This document shows positions 24,290 through 49,254 of a DNA stretch of 64,000 nucleotides, piece after piece. The stretch comes from the human T2T-CHM13v2.0 reference genome, Homo sapiens, in contig CP086569.2 in NCBI GenBank assembly GCA_009914755.4, positions 12,864,001 to 12,928,000 of the forward strand. The letters run 5' to 3'. The notes beneath the pieces were generated by a model. The model made no database searches and was not told the DNA's origin. It was given only the letters and a program-made list of their open reading frames with translations. Position 1 is the stretch's first letter; each line of letters starts with the position of its first letter. Made by a program: the position numbers and the translations under genes.

Positions 24290-24514
24290 TTGCCCCAGGA
24301 CAACCCTTGGCAACATCCGAAGACACCTTTGATTATCACAAATGGGGCGGTGGGTGCTTCTGGTATCTGGTGGGTGGAGCCCAGGGACAGTGCTCAACAC
24401 CTTGCAGTGCACAGGATGGCCCATCACAGATAGTCATCCATCCTACCTTCAATGTCCATAGTGCCGAGGTCAAGTTACTCTGTCTTAGCAGGAAAGATTC
24501 TATCTATCTATCTG

Positions 24515-24550
<36 letters not shown>

Positions 24551-24590
24551 ATCTATAATCTATCCATCCTTCTACCTATTTCATCTATCT

Positions 24591-24632
<42 letters not shown>

Positions 24633-25017
24633 ATCTCTCTGTCTATCCATCCATTATCTATGGCAGTCGTTTGCAACCAGGCATCAGGTGTTCCTTAGTC
24701 CCTAGGGGACACTTGGTGATGTATGGAGACATTTTTGGTCATCATGACTCTGGGGTGGAGGGTGTGCTTCTGGTATCTGGTTGCTGCAGCCCTGGGATCC
24801 TGCTCAACATCCTACAGTGCACAAGACACCCCACCACAGATTAGCATTCATCTTGCCTTAAATGTTAATACTGCTGAGGTCAAGTAACCCTGTCTTAGCA
24901 TGTAAGATTTTGTCTGTCCATTTAGCTATCTATTTATCCATTCATTCATTCCTGTATACCTAACCTATCATCCATCCTTATCTCTTGTGTATCTATTCAT
25001 TCAATCATACACCCATA

Positions 25018-25072
<55 letters not shown>

Positions 25073-25800
25073 GCCTATCTGCCTGCCTACCTATCCCTCT
25101 ATGGCAATTGCTTGCAACCAGGGAGATTTTATTCCCAGGAGATATTTGGCTATGTCTGACAACAATTTTTTTGGTTGTCACAAATGGGATGAATGTTACT
25201 GGCATCTGGTGGGTGGAGCCCAGAGATGCTGCTCAACACCCTACAGTGCACAAGACAGACCCACCACAAAGAATCCTCCATACAGCCTTAAATGTCCCTA
25301 GTACTGAAGCCAAGAAACCCTATCTTAGTATGAAAATGTTGGTCTATCTGTCTATATACCTGCTTATCTATCCATCCATTTCTATCTACCTAACCTATCC
25401 ATCCATCCATTCTAATGTCTTATGTATCCATCTATTCATCCATCCACCCATCTCTCCATCCATTTATCCATCCATCCATCGATATGTATGTATGTATGTA
25501 TGTATGTATCTTTCTATCTATCTATCTATCTAGTCTGTCTACTGATCTAGCTAGCTAGCTAGCTATGGTAGTTGTTTGCAACCAAGGAGATTTTACTCCC
25601 AGGAGACATTTGGCTGTGTCTGGAAACATTTTTTGGTTGTCACAGATGGGATGGATACTGCTGGCATCTGGTGGATGGAGTCCAGGGACATTGCTCAACA
25701 CCCTACAGTTCATAGGTTGGCCCCATCACAGAGAATCATCTAGGCTCAAATGTCACTAGTGCCAAGGTTGAGAAACCCTGAGCTAGATTCAAAAAAGGGC
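24290..25800 (+). repeat. Tandem array of 4 composite units of ~410-445 bp. Each unit is a ~170-bp 'module' followed by a (TATC)n-type tract, with a (TATG)n run at 25485-25510.
   Basis: Module copies sit at ~24290-24460, 24690-24900, 25120-25330 and 25570-25800. They share ...ttttggt[tc]gtcac[a]aatgggg...[gt]gcttctggtatctggtgggtggagcccagggac[a]gtgctcaacaccctacagtgcacaagaca..cccaccacag...aatgtc..tagtgc.gaggtcaag.aaccctgtcttag. Each is followed by tctatctatc tracts. Confidence 0.85.
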
Positions 25801-26434
25801 TAATATCTCTTTAATAAGTGTGTCAAAAAATAGAGGACACTGACAGTAGAGTAAAGGTAAAATGGAGTCCAACTCAGTTCACGCTGCTATGGTGGAGAAT
25901 CCCTGGATTGTGCTGTCTTCGGCATTCAGCAGCTCAAGCAGGAAAGCCTCTCACCATGGTGAGAGCAAAATCAGTGTCCAAGGGTTTCTTCTGCACATTT
26001 GTATCTGCCCTTCTAGGACTCTTTGCAGTTCAGGAAAAGGGCTGAGATGCCTTTCCCCTGCCTGTATTTTATACTTTAGATGGCTGGGTGGTGCTCTGAA
26101 GAGCTTGCACAATCAGTCCAGAAGAATCATGTACCAAATATACCCAGGAATGCCTTCCAGCTTAGCAGATGTGCTGCCACTAAGAAAACTGTTTTCCATT
26201 GAATTTGGCATGGTGGAGGCAATTTTGAATGGATAACAGTACAAGAATGCAGTTCCACTAGGATTTTTGAGTCATTCTATTAATATCTCCATATAAATCC
26301 TAAATAAATTATAAACTGTTATTTATGTTACTTTATTCTTTGTAAATTCTGACTATATTCTTAGTAAAGTGTAATTGAACAAATCATGTGCATTTTGTCA
26401 GAGCAGGCTCTTCCCTGCCTACATGTTGGGATTA

Positions 26435-26758
<324 letters not shown>

Positions 26759-27149
26759 TCAGAGCTTTGTTTCTTGAAGTCAAATCCCTCACAATGCATA
26801 GACATCTGTGGCTTTCAGATTTGCTCAGTTGATTTATTCTGATGAAAACTGGATTAGGGGTCACTGTTACGGAAGCCATAGAACGTTTACATACACATGC
26901 TACCATAATCATTTTTGGATTCAAACTCCAAGACACATTAAAATGTGCTTGCCTGCCCCACAGCTATTAAATTCCTTACTGAGTTACATTGACTTCATTC
27001 TCACTCATAACCCACAAAACAGTATATTTTGTCATTGTTAATTGTTGCTTTTATTACAATGATTAGGTTGAATGTAAGCACAAGCAGGCTCATTTTTGTT
27101 AAGATCTATGACATTGTCTTAGACATGTCATTAGAAAAATGGAATGTTG

Positions 27150-27500
27150 CCACATGTGGTGGCACATGCCTGTATTCCCAGCACTTTGGGAGATGAGCAG
27201 AAGGATCACTTAAGTCCAGGAGTTCAAAACCAGCCCAGACAACATAGCAAAATCCTGTCTCTACAAAAAAACAAAAACAAAAAAGCAAAAAACAAACAAA
27301 CAAACAAACAAACAAACAAAAAAACACCTCCAGCCAGGCATAGGCATATTGGTATATGGTTATAGTCCAAACTACTCAGGAGGCTGAGATAATAGGGTCC
27401 CTTGAGTCCAGGAGATCAAGACTACAGTTAGCTATGATTGCACCACTGCACTCCACCCTGGATGACAAAGCAAGATCCCAATTCTTCAGAAAAAAAAGAA
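27150..27500 (+). mobile_element. Alu (older), sense, with a (CAAA)n expansion (27285-27325) in the mid A-rich linker.
   Basis: catgcctgtattcccagcactttgggag...ctctacaaaaaaacaaaaacaaaaaagcaaaaaacaaacaaacaaacaaacaaacaaaaaaa...actactcaggaggctgag...ccctggatgacaaagcaagatcc. Confidence 0.8.
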
Positions 27501-28416
27501 AGTGTGGCATTTAGGAAATATTAAGGCTCCCATTACAATGTATGTGTCATGGAGGATTCAACAGGGACAATTTTAAAAGTGAGAACTTTCTCAATCTTTT
27601 CACTGGATTATCCAACATGCTAGTTCTGAATAACTAAAGGATACTTCAGTATTTATGAAACTGTTACATATATAATGAAGATTTTCCTATCATCCTTTCT
27701 AGGTTGCCTCTATTAAACTGTTTGTAATTATTAACTCAGCAGTGCTTAGACTTCATGGGGAAGAATGGTACACCAGCCTTGGGGTCTTAGCTAGTGAGTG
27801 TTATTCAGCTTTAATTACAAATTCTAGAAAACCCGTTACACCAATATTGCCAACTTCTGAAGAGCCCAATTTTAGCCTTGGAACTCTGGGCATAACCATA
27901 ATTACATGACCTTAGAGTTGCTTTTTCTGACTCTTGCCCAAAACTGGGATACAACAGCTTAAAAAAAAAATTGCCAAAAGTAGAAACAGTGTCTAAAGCA
28001 TTTTCTCCAGGAAGAAATTAACATCTTTATTAGGCTGACTCAGATTCATCACCATCTCCATGACTGCAGCATTTTATCTGATTTTGTTTTTACATTGACC
28101 TCTGCAATGACTACCATGCAAATACTTGATCCAGACACACTTGCAGGAATAGGACTGACATCTTTGACTACATTTCATGTCCTTGAACCCATGGTCAGGC
28201 CAACCTAACATCAGATTTAACAGGGAGTTGTTATTTGCAGTCAATCACTTTCCACAATCTTCTCCAGGCTGTAAAAACCATTGGGCATTTTGCAATAGCA
28301 GCCACGTGGGCTGATGCATCACAGAAATACCTATTTTTTGTGTTATTCCAGTGACATAACGCCATGGTAGAGTATTTGGGAAACTGACATCTTAATTGTT
28401 TTTCTTTTTTTCTGTA

Positions 28417-30323
28417 GTTTTGATAGTAGAATCAAGGTGTTTGCCAACAGGACCCTGGTGGTGAAATCAATGACAGACAAAGACGCCGGAGATTACCTGT
28501 GTGTAGCTCGAAATAAGGTTGGTGATGACTGCGTGGTGCTCAAGGTGGATGTGATGATGAAACCGGCCAAGATTGAACACAAGGAGGAGAACGACCACAA
28601 AGTCTTCTACAGGGGTGACCTGAAAGTGGACTGTGTGGCCACTGGACTTCCCAATCCCGAGATCTCCTGGAGCCTCCTGGATGGGAGTCTGGTGAACTCC
28701 TTCATGCAGTCAGATGACAGTGGTGGACGCACCAAGCACTATGTGGTCTTCAACAATGGGACACTCTACTTCAGTGAAGTGGGGATGAGGGAGGAAGGAG
28801 ACTACACCTGCTTTGCTGAAAATCAGGTTGGGAAGGATGAGATGAGAGTCAGAGTCAAGATGGTGACACCTGCCACCATCTGGAACAAGACTTACTTGGC
28901 AGTTCAGGTACCCTATGGAGATGTGGTCACTGTAACCTGTGAGGCCAAAGGAGAACCCATGCCCAAGGTGACTTGGTTGTCCCCAGCCAACAGGGTGATC
29001 CCCACCTCCTCTGAGAAGTATCAGATATACCAATATGGCACTCTCCTTATTCAGAAAGCCCAGTGCTCTGACAGCGGCAACTACACCTGCCTGGTCAGGA
29101 ACAGTGCCGGAGAGGATAGGAAGACAGTGTGGATTCACGTCAACCTCCAGCCACCCAAGATCAATGGTAACCCCAACCCCATCACCACCGTGTGGGAGAT
29201 AGCAGCCGGGGGCAGTCGGAAACTGATTGACTGCAAAGCTGAAGGCATCCCCACCCCGAGGGTGTTATGGGCTTTTCCCGAGGGTGTGGTTCTGCCAGAT
29301 CCATACTATGGAAACCGGATCACTGTCCATGGCAACGGTTCCCTGGACATCAGGAGTTTGAGGAAGAGCGACTCCGTCCAGCTGGTATGCATGGCACGCA
29401 ACGAGGGAGGGGAGGCGAGGTTGATCGTGCAGCTCACTGTCCTGGAGCCCATGGAGAAACCCATCTTCCACGACCCGATCAGCGAGAAGATCACGGCCAT
29501 GGCGGGCCACACCATCAGCCTCAACTGCTCTGCCGCGGGGACCCTGACACCCAGCCTGGTGTGGGTCCTTCCCAATGGCACCGATCTGCAGAGTGGACAG
29601 CAGCTGCAGCGCTTCTACCACAAGGCTGACGGCATGCTACACATTAGCGGTCTCTCCTCGGTGGACGCCGGGGCCTACCGCTGCGTGGCCCGCAATGCCG
29701 CGGGCCACACGGAGAGGCTGGTCTCCCTGAAGGTGGGACTGAAGCCAGAAGCAAACAAGCAGTATCATAACCTGGTCAGCATCATCAATGGTGAGACCCT
29801 GAAGCTCCCCTGCACCCCTCCTGCAGCTGGGCAGGGACATTTCTCCTGGACACTCCCCAATGGCATGCATCTGGAGGGCCCCCAAACCCTGGGACGCGTT
29901 TCTCTTCTGGACAATGGCACCCTCACGGTTCGTGAGGCCTCGGTGTTTGACAGGGGTACCTATGTATGCAGGATGGAGACGGCGTACGGCCCTTCGGTCA
30001 CCAGCATCCCCGTGATTGTGATCGCCTATCCTCCCCGGATCACCAGCGAGCCTACCCCAGTCATCTACACCCGTCCCGGGAACACCGTGAAACTGAACTG
30101 CATGGCTATGGGGATTCCCAAAGGTGACATCACGTGGGAGTTACCGGATAAGTTGCATCTGAAGGCAGGGGTTCAGGCTCGTCTGTATGGAAACAGATTT
30201 CTTCACCCCCAGGGATCACTGACCATCCAGCAGGCCAGACGGAGAGACGCTGGCTTCTACAAGTGCACGGCAAAAAACATTCTCAGCAGTGACTCCAAAA
30301 CAACTTATATCCATGTCTTCTGA
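28417..30323 (+). pseudogene. MXRA5: Pseudogene terminal coding exon, with 5-6 Ig-like C2 domains intact in a 628-codon open frame ending TGA at 30321-30323.
   Basis: Acceptor tttttctgtag| at ~28416. Phase-2 entry gives ...F|S FDSRIKVFANRTLVVKS..., matching the exit phase of the previous exon. Track ORF 28437..30323 covers it. Confidence 0.85.
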
Positions 30324-31497
30324 AATGTGGATTCCAGAATGATTGCTCAGGAACTGACAACAAAGCGGGGTTTGTAAGGGAAGCCAGGCTGGGGAATCAG
30401 AGCTCTTAAATAATGTGTCACAGTGCATGGTGGCCCCCGGTGGGATTCAAGTTGAGGTTGATCTTGATCTACAATTGTTGGGAAAAGGAAGCAATACAGA
30501 CATGAGTAAAAGGGCTCAGCCTCACTGAGAACTTTCTTTTGTGTTTACATCATGCCAGGGGCTTCATTCAGGGTGTCTGTGCTCTGACTGTAATTTTTAT
30601 TTTTTTGCAAATGTCATTCGACTGCCTGCGTAAGTGTCCATAGGATATCTGAGGAACATTCACCGAAAATAAGCCATAGACATGAACAACACCTCACTCC
30701 CCCATTGAAGATGCATCGTCTAGTTAACCTGCTGCAGTTTTTACATGATAGACTTTGTTCCAGATTGACAAGTCATCTTTCAGTTATTTCCTCTATCACT
30801 TCAAAACTCCAGCTTGCCCAATAAGGATTTAGAACTAGAGTGATTGTTATATATATAAATTATATATATATAAATTAAATTTATATATATATAATTTATA
30901 TATAATATATATATTTTAATTCAGAGTTACATACATACAGCTACCATTTTATATGAAAAAAACATTTCTTCCTGGAACCCACTTTTTATGTAATTTTTTT
31001 ATATAAATATTTTTCCTTTCAAATCAGATGATGAGACTAGAAGGAGAAATACTTTCTGTCTCATTAAAATTAATAAATGATTGGTCTTTACAAGACTTGG
31101 ATACATTACAGCAGACATGGAAATAGAATTTTAAACAATTCCTCTCCAACCTCCTTCAAATTCAGTCGCTACTGTTATGTTACTTTCTCCAGCAACCCTG
31201 CACTGGGGAAGGCTGTGATATTAGATTTCCTTGTATGCAAAGTTTTTGTTGAAAGCTGTGCTCAGCGGAGGTGAGAGGAGAGGAGGAGAAAACTGCATCA
31301 TATCTTTCCAGAATTGAATCTAGAGTCTTCCCTGGAAAGCCCAGAAACTTCTCTGCAGTATCTGACTTGTCCATCTGGTCTAAGGTGGCTGCTTCTTCCG
31401 CAACCATGAGTTAGTCTGTGTCCATGAATAATACAAGATCTGTTATTTCCATGACTGCTTTACTGTAATTTTAGGGTCAATATACTGTACATTTGAT

Positions 31498-31503
31498 AAT
31501 AAA
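31498..31503 (+). promoter_or_regulatory. Probable poly(A) signal AATAAA terminating the ~1.2 kb 3'UTR of the MXRA5-like transcript unit.
   Basis: The AATAAA hexamer lies ~1.18 kb after the stop codon. A T-rich tract and the L1 insertion point follow within ~45 nt. Confidence 0.4.
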
Positions 31504-31545
31504 ATATATTCTCCCAAAAACCTGGCAGTGATGACAATGCTATTT

Positions 31546-37402
<5,857 letters not shown>

Positions 37403-38059
37403 TCAACAATGCTATTTTCAAGGACAAAAGAGGGTCACATTAATTTGGGTTTCCATCAGAGTGGTTGAAAAAACTGCTTTCATCACCTTCTCTCAATGAT
37501 TAGCTTCTCTACACATTTTTAACAGGCAAGGAAACTGAGTCAAAGGCAATGCTTCTGATGACAGATTTGGCAGGCAGGAAGGCAGGATTTGAGTGTCAGT
37601 TGCATGTAGTGACAATTTCAGTATTCAGCAAGACAGCTTGGGGACTGAGAAGCAGTGCTCTAGGAAATCATTCAGGATTTTTCTTTTTTATATTGTTTTC
37701 AAAGAGACACCTGTATATACATGTATTTGTATTCCACAAATATGCAAAACTGTCCTTCTTTTGCTTCCCCTGAGAGTAAGGAAAAAGGCAAACAAGATAA
37801 ATATTTGGGAAAAATATTACTGTCAGCATTTCAAGAAATGCAGTGTCACAAATTGTTAAAGAATGTCGGTCATGGAAACTAAAGAATGCTGGTTTATTTT
37901 TTTTTAACTCTGTGGAAGGCATAGAGCATGTCTCTCATTCATGAATCCACTTATTTGCTTAAATATGTCTGCACAGCCCTTACTTGTGCTGGATATCAAC
38001 AGAGCCTGAGGAAGCAGAGAGGAGGAGGAGGAGGTGGTGCTTGGAGTGTTTATGCTCAA

Positions 38060-39200
38060 TAGACTGGTTCTTCAGATGGTGCAGGGTCTCTCAAAATGCC
38101 CATGAATGACATTTGGGGATGGATGATTCTCTGGGCTTGGGTGTCCTGTGTAGGGTGTTGAGAAGTATCCCTGGGCTCTACCTGCCACATGCTAGCATCC
38201 CCCCACCCCCAAAAAGTTGTGATGACCAAAATGTCTCTGGACATTACCAAATGCCCCTTTAGAGGGTGCAAACTTGCTCCTGAGAGCCACTGATGCGGAC
38301 AGATTAGATTGGTAAATAGATAACTGATAGATGATTGATATAGATAGATAAGTGATAGATAGATGGTAGACAGGTGATAGATAAATGACTGGCAGATACA
38401 AAGAGATAGATGATAGGTTGATAATAGATATAGATAGGGGACAAAGATTGATACAGATAGATGATTGATAGATATAAATAGATAGTAGATACAGATAGGA
38501 GTAAGATAGGTAGATAGATAATAGATGGTTGGATGGAGGATAGATAGATAAATGATGGATGGATAAATGATGGATGGTTGGATGGATGATAGATACACAG
38601 ATAAATAAATGATGGATGGTTGGGTGGATGATAGGTATATAGATAAATAGATGTATGTTTGGATGAATTATAGATAGAAGATAGAGTGACAGATAATGTA
38701 TGGTTGAATAGATGATCAATAATTGGATAGATACCTATGTAGATAGACTGATGACAGATGGTTGGGTGGATTAGATAGGTAGTTGGGTAGATGATAGATG
38801 TATAGATAAATAGATGATGCATGGTTGGATAGGTGATAGATGAATGGATGGATGATAGATGAGAGATGAGAGATAGAGATGAGAGATAGATAGATAGAGA
38901 TGAGAGATAGATACATACATACATACATACATACATACATACATACATACATACACAGACAAATAAATGAGGGTTGACTGGATGGATAATAGATAGAGTT
39001 TCTCATGCTAAGGATTTCTCCGCCTCAGCAGTATGGACATCTGGGGCAGGAGGATTCTCTATGGTGGGACTGTCCTGTGCACTGTAGGGTGTTGAGCAGA
39101 GTCCCTGGGCTCCACCCACAAGATGCCAGGAGCACGCACCACCCCAGTGGACAACCAAAAATGTCTCTAGATATGGCTACATTCCCTGCATAAGGCTGTA
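38060..39200 (-). repeat. Inverted-orientation copy of the composite array: module (38060-38285), then ~700 bp of (GATA)n/(GGAT)n/(TACA)n (38290-38990), then module (39010-39200).
   Basis: 38090-38180 (ggatggatgattctctgggcttgggtgtcctgtgtagggtgttgagaagtatccctgggctctacctgcc) is the reverse complement of the 24.3-25.8 kb module. The same holds for 39060-39130 (ctgtcctgtgcactgtagggtgttgagcagagtccctgggctccacccac). Confidence 0.8.
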
Positions 39201-39839
39201 CCTTTCCTGATTGCGAAACACTGTGCTAGGTAAATACACGCAGCAGAGGGTTTCAGAAACATGTTCATTTGGACAGTCTTCTTCAGTGCATGATGTGGAA
39301 ACTGAGATCTGGGGAGGTAAGTTCACCTAGGTGTAGAGAATGTTTCTGCAGGACATACCTTGGTAAAATTTTACCTGGAAAAAAATTGGCAAAAACATCC
39401 TATCAACAAAAATTTCTGCATTCACATGAGGTGATGGGCTGAAGAGGTGTTTGGAAACATTAAAAGTGTTTCAGAGAGCATTCAGATTCTAGAAGATTAA
39501 AAAACCAAGTGGGATTGTAGTCCCATTTAAAAAGAGCTATATTTTTATGACTTAGATAGCATTTTCACTGAGTCAAGAATAGAAGAATGGCTGGGCAGAA
39601 TGATATGAACAAATGAGAGGACGTGTTCTCCTGGCCGCAAAAAGATCATGAAGAAAGTGCGACCCTCAAGTAAAGAGACCTGGGGTTTAGTAATAGATAT
39701 AATGTAATAGTGGTGCAGGCCCGTAGTCACAGCTACTCAGGAGGCTGAGCTAGGAGGATTACTTGAGCCCAGGAGTTTGAGGCTGCAGTTTGCAAAAAAA
39801 TCATTTCTACCTGCAACCTGTCAGTGCAACCTTATTTGA

Positions 39840-40476
39840 AAAAAGAGTTTTTGCAGATGTAATCATGTGAAGGACCTGGAAATGAGATTATTCTGGATAA
39901 GGATGGGTTCTAAATGCAATAAGTGTGCCTATAAGAGACAAATCAGGGGACACAGACACAGAGGAGGAGGCCATGTGGAGACAGAGGCAGAAAATGGAGT
40001 GACATGGCCCAGGGATTCCTGGAGCCCCCAGGATCTGGAAGAGGCAGGAAGGATCCTCCCCTGGAACATCCAGAGGGAACTGCATACAATTGTAGTGCAT
40101 TGAACAGTGGCCCCCAAAATATATGCCCATATTCTGACTCCCAGATCCTGGGAATGGGACCTTATTTGGAAATAGGGTCTTTGCAGGTGTAATTAAGTTA
40201 AAGATCTTGAGACGAGTTCATCCTGGATTAGACGGGCTCTAAATCCAATAATAGGTGTCTGTCCTAAGAGACAAAACAGGAGGAACAGACACAGGAGAAG
40301 GCCTTGTGGAGATGGAGGCAGACTGGAGTGATGCAGCCACAAGCCCAGGGACATCTGGAGCCCCCCAGGAGCTGGGAGAGGCAGGAAGGATCCTCCCCTA
40401 GAGCCTCCATAGGGAGCATGGCCCTGAGACACTTTGATGTCAGACTTCTGGTCTCCAAAACTGAGAAGGAGTCCAT
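39840..40476 (+). mobile_element. MaLR-type LTR (MLT1-like): a partial copy plus a second copy, sense. The second copy is split by the L1 insertion and continues at 46532-~46590.
   Basis: …gaggaggccatgtggagacagaggcagaaaatggagtgacatggcccagggattcctggagcccccaggatctggaagaggcaggaaggatcctcccc… is repeated. It ends …cttctggtctccaaaactgagaaggag…[L1]…atttctgttgtttttaagcccc. Confidence 0.45.
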
Positions 40477-40479
40477 TCT

Positions 40480-46531
<6,052 letters not shown>

Positions 46532-47094
46532 CCATTTCTGTTGTTTTTAAGCCCCTATTTTGAGGTGATTGGTTACAGAAGCCCTGAGAAATAAATGCAA
46601 ATATTTAAAATTTTCTTGTAGGGATGGTCATGATGATAGGTACTTAAAACCTCATGACAGGTAAAATAAATGATTTAAACCAGTTTGTCCAGAACACAAA
46701 GGTGTGATTTGAGCAGATCATTAATCAGAATCACATATGACTATTATTATTTGTAAATAATATACTAACTACAAGACAGTTGTTTTTTTCCCCCTAAATG
46801 GCTAAGTTCTAACATCTGGTATATGTTCTTGTAAATCTGTGGACACAAGCAAAATCCCTAGCTAACCATCCATTGTCACCATTTAATTACTCTCAGGCCC
46901 TCACAGAAAAACAAAACTTCAATCAGGCTCTAGTCCTTGAAGTCTGGTTTGTAATTGCAAAGGCTGTTCTTGTTTAAATGAAGCTGGGCTGAATGTGGGA
47001 CAAGATGAGGAAGACCCCAATCCTGCTGCTGAATTCAGTCTCCAAGACACTGAACCCCACAAGATTGTTTTCTGCACTTTTGTCATTTAAGACC

Positions 47095-47385
47095 CAAGTC
47101 TCACCTGTAATCCCAGAACTTTGGGAGACCAAGGCCTGCAGATTGCTTGAGCCCAGGAGTTCAAGACCAGCCTGCGCAATATAGCAGGATCACATCTCTA
47201 CAGAAAATACAAAAATTAGCTAGGTGTGGTGGTGCATGACTGTAGTCCCAACTACTCTGTAGACTGAGGTAGGAGGATCACTTAAGCCCAAGACAATGAG
47301 GCTACAGTGAGCCGAGATCACACCACTGCACCCCAGCCTGGGTGATAGAGAAAGATTGTCTCCAAAAATAAAAAATGACCCAAGT
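47095..47385 (+). mobile_element. Alu (AluJ-like), sense.
   Basis: tcacctgtaatcccagaactttgggagaccaagg...gtggtggtgcatgactgtagtcccaactact...gcctgggtgatagagaaag. Confidence 0.85.
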
Positions 47386-47589
47386 CTTTTGGAGGTGGAA
47401 GTTCAGTAACAGATTAATGATGAAACTAAGAGGGCTAGTGTTAGTGAGATCCTGGATGGCCAGCACAAACTGACTGCTTTGGGAAAAAAAAAAAAAAGTT
47501 GGTTTATCTTCTCCTGAGAGGTTGTTCATCTTACTTTTTAGTAGAGTCTTTTTAAAATTAACCTTGTTAGAACACAAGAAACCTGTGTT

Positions 47590-48600
47590 TCTTGTTGGCT
47601 TTATGTTGTCATCTCCTGGATTGATTTAAACATCCTCAACTCCAAGTGTCTTCATTTCCTGGGGCTGCCCTTGCAAGTGACCACAGAACCTATGGCTTAA
47701 AACAAAAGGAATTGATTCTCTCACAGTTCTGGAGACCAGCAGTCTGAGGTGAAAGAGTGGACAGAGCTATGCTACCTCTGGAGGTTCTAGGAAAGGATTC
47801 TTCCTGCCTCTCCCAGCTCCTGGAGGCTCTAGGCATCTCTGGGCTTGTTGCTGCATCACTTCAGTGTCTGCCTCCATCTCCAGGTGGCTTACTCCTCTCC
47901 ATCTGTGTCTCCTTTTGTGTCTCTTAGAAACCTGCTGTTTAATCTAGGGCCACACTAATCCAGGATGATCTCATCTTGAGATCCTTGACTTAAGTATACC
48001 TGCAAAGCCCTCATTTCCAAATAAGGTTCCATTCACATATTCTGGGGATAGGATGTGGACATATCTTTTTGGGACACTATGGTTCAATCCATTACAATTG
48101 TATTCCACTCCTTCTGGAGGCTCTAGAGGAGGATCCTTCCTGTCTCTCTCAGCTCCTGTGGACTCTAAGCATAATTGGGCTTGTATCTGCCTCACTCCAG
48201 TTTCTACCTCCATCTCCACATGGCCTTCTCCTCTGTGTCTGTTCTCTTCTGTCTCTTTTCTCTCTCTTTTTTTAATTGGAGACAGAGGTTCACTCTTGTT
48301 GCCTAGGCTGGAGTGCAATGTCACGATTTTGGTTCACTGAAACCTCTGCCTCCTGGGTTCAGGCAATTCTCCTTCCTCAGCCTCTTGGTTTTCTGTAAGG
48401 ACATTTGTCCATAGATTTAGGGCTTATCTAATCCAGGATAATATCATTTTGAGATACTTAAGCCATTTATATCTTATCTAAATAAGTTCACATAAGTTCC
48501 AGAGGTTAGGACATAGACACATCTTTGAGGGCCACCATTCCACCTGCTACACAAGGCTCTATTAATATCTCTGACCTACAATTCAGAATCTCTGAGAGAG
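47590..48600 (-). mobile_element. Two MaLR-type (MLT1-like) LTR copies in tandem, antisense. The second is interrupted by an Alu fragment (~48280-48390).
   Basis: …ctctcacagttctggagaccagcagtctgaggtgaaag…tggaggttctaggaaaggattcttcctgcctctcccagctcctggaggctctagg… recurs at ~48100-48200. The Alu-like piece reads ggctggagtgcaatg…cctcctgggttcaggcaattctcc. Confidence 0.45.
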
Positions 48601-49254
48601 AAGCCTGGGTGAGTACGAAGTGCAGCAAGAATATGATGAGGAAGTGGCCTCTTTAGTGCTGGAATTCATTTGTTCCTGAAGTAGTTTGGCAAAACTATAC
48701 TGTGATCCATCACATATTTCTTATGATTTAACCCTCAATGGGGCAACCTATTTTGCTAATTTTTATCATATTGTGTGGTACCTCCCCCCAAGAAGACATT
48801 AGAACCTTGTGTGTTGTTGAAATTCTGCATGCTTCTGTTTTCAGATTTGTGGGAAAGAGGAAAATTATAGGATATTTATCTCATAAAGCCATTGTGAAAA
48901 TAGAATATGAGATTCTTAGAACAAAGCCTGTCACATCACAAGTACTCAGTATATGTTGGTTGTTTCCATACTTATTGCTGTCATTTCTCCAGTAGTTTGA
49001 AGAGTGATGGTTTCCAAAGTATGTTCAAGTTAAGCACTACAACCACTCTTGGGAGAGTTGAATTCGGATGAAGCGTTCTTAGATATGACCACTATACTGG
49101 TGTGGGATTAGAGCATCGGTGTAGGTTCAGTCCTACACCATCCAACTTCAGCTGAAGCTTATGCATCCTAAGCCATGTAGCAGAACCAGAACTAGAAACC
49201 AAAACTAGAACAAACATGTGCGCTGTGCTGTGTTGTGCCTAACCATGGAGCTTT

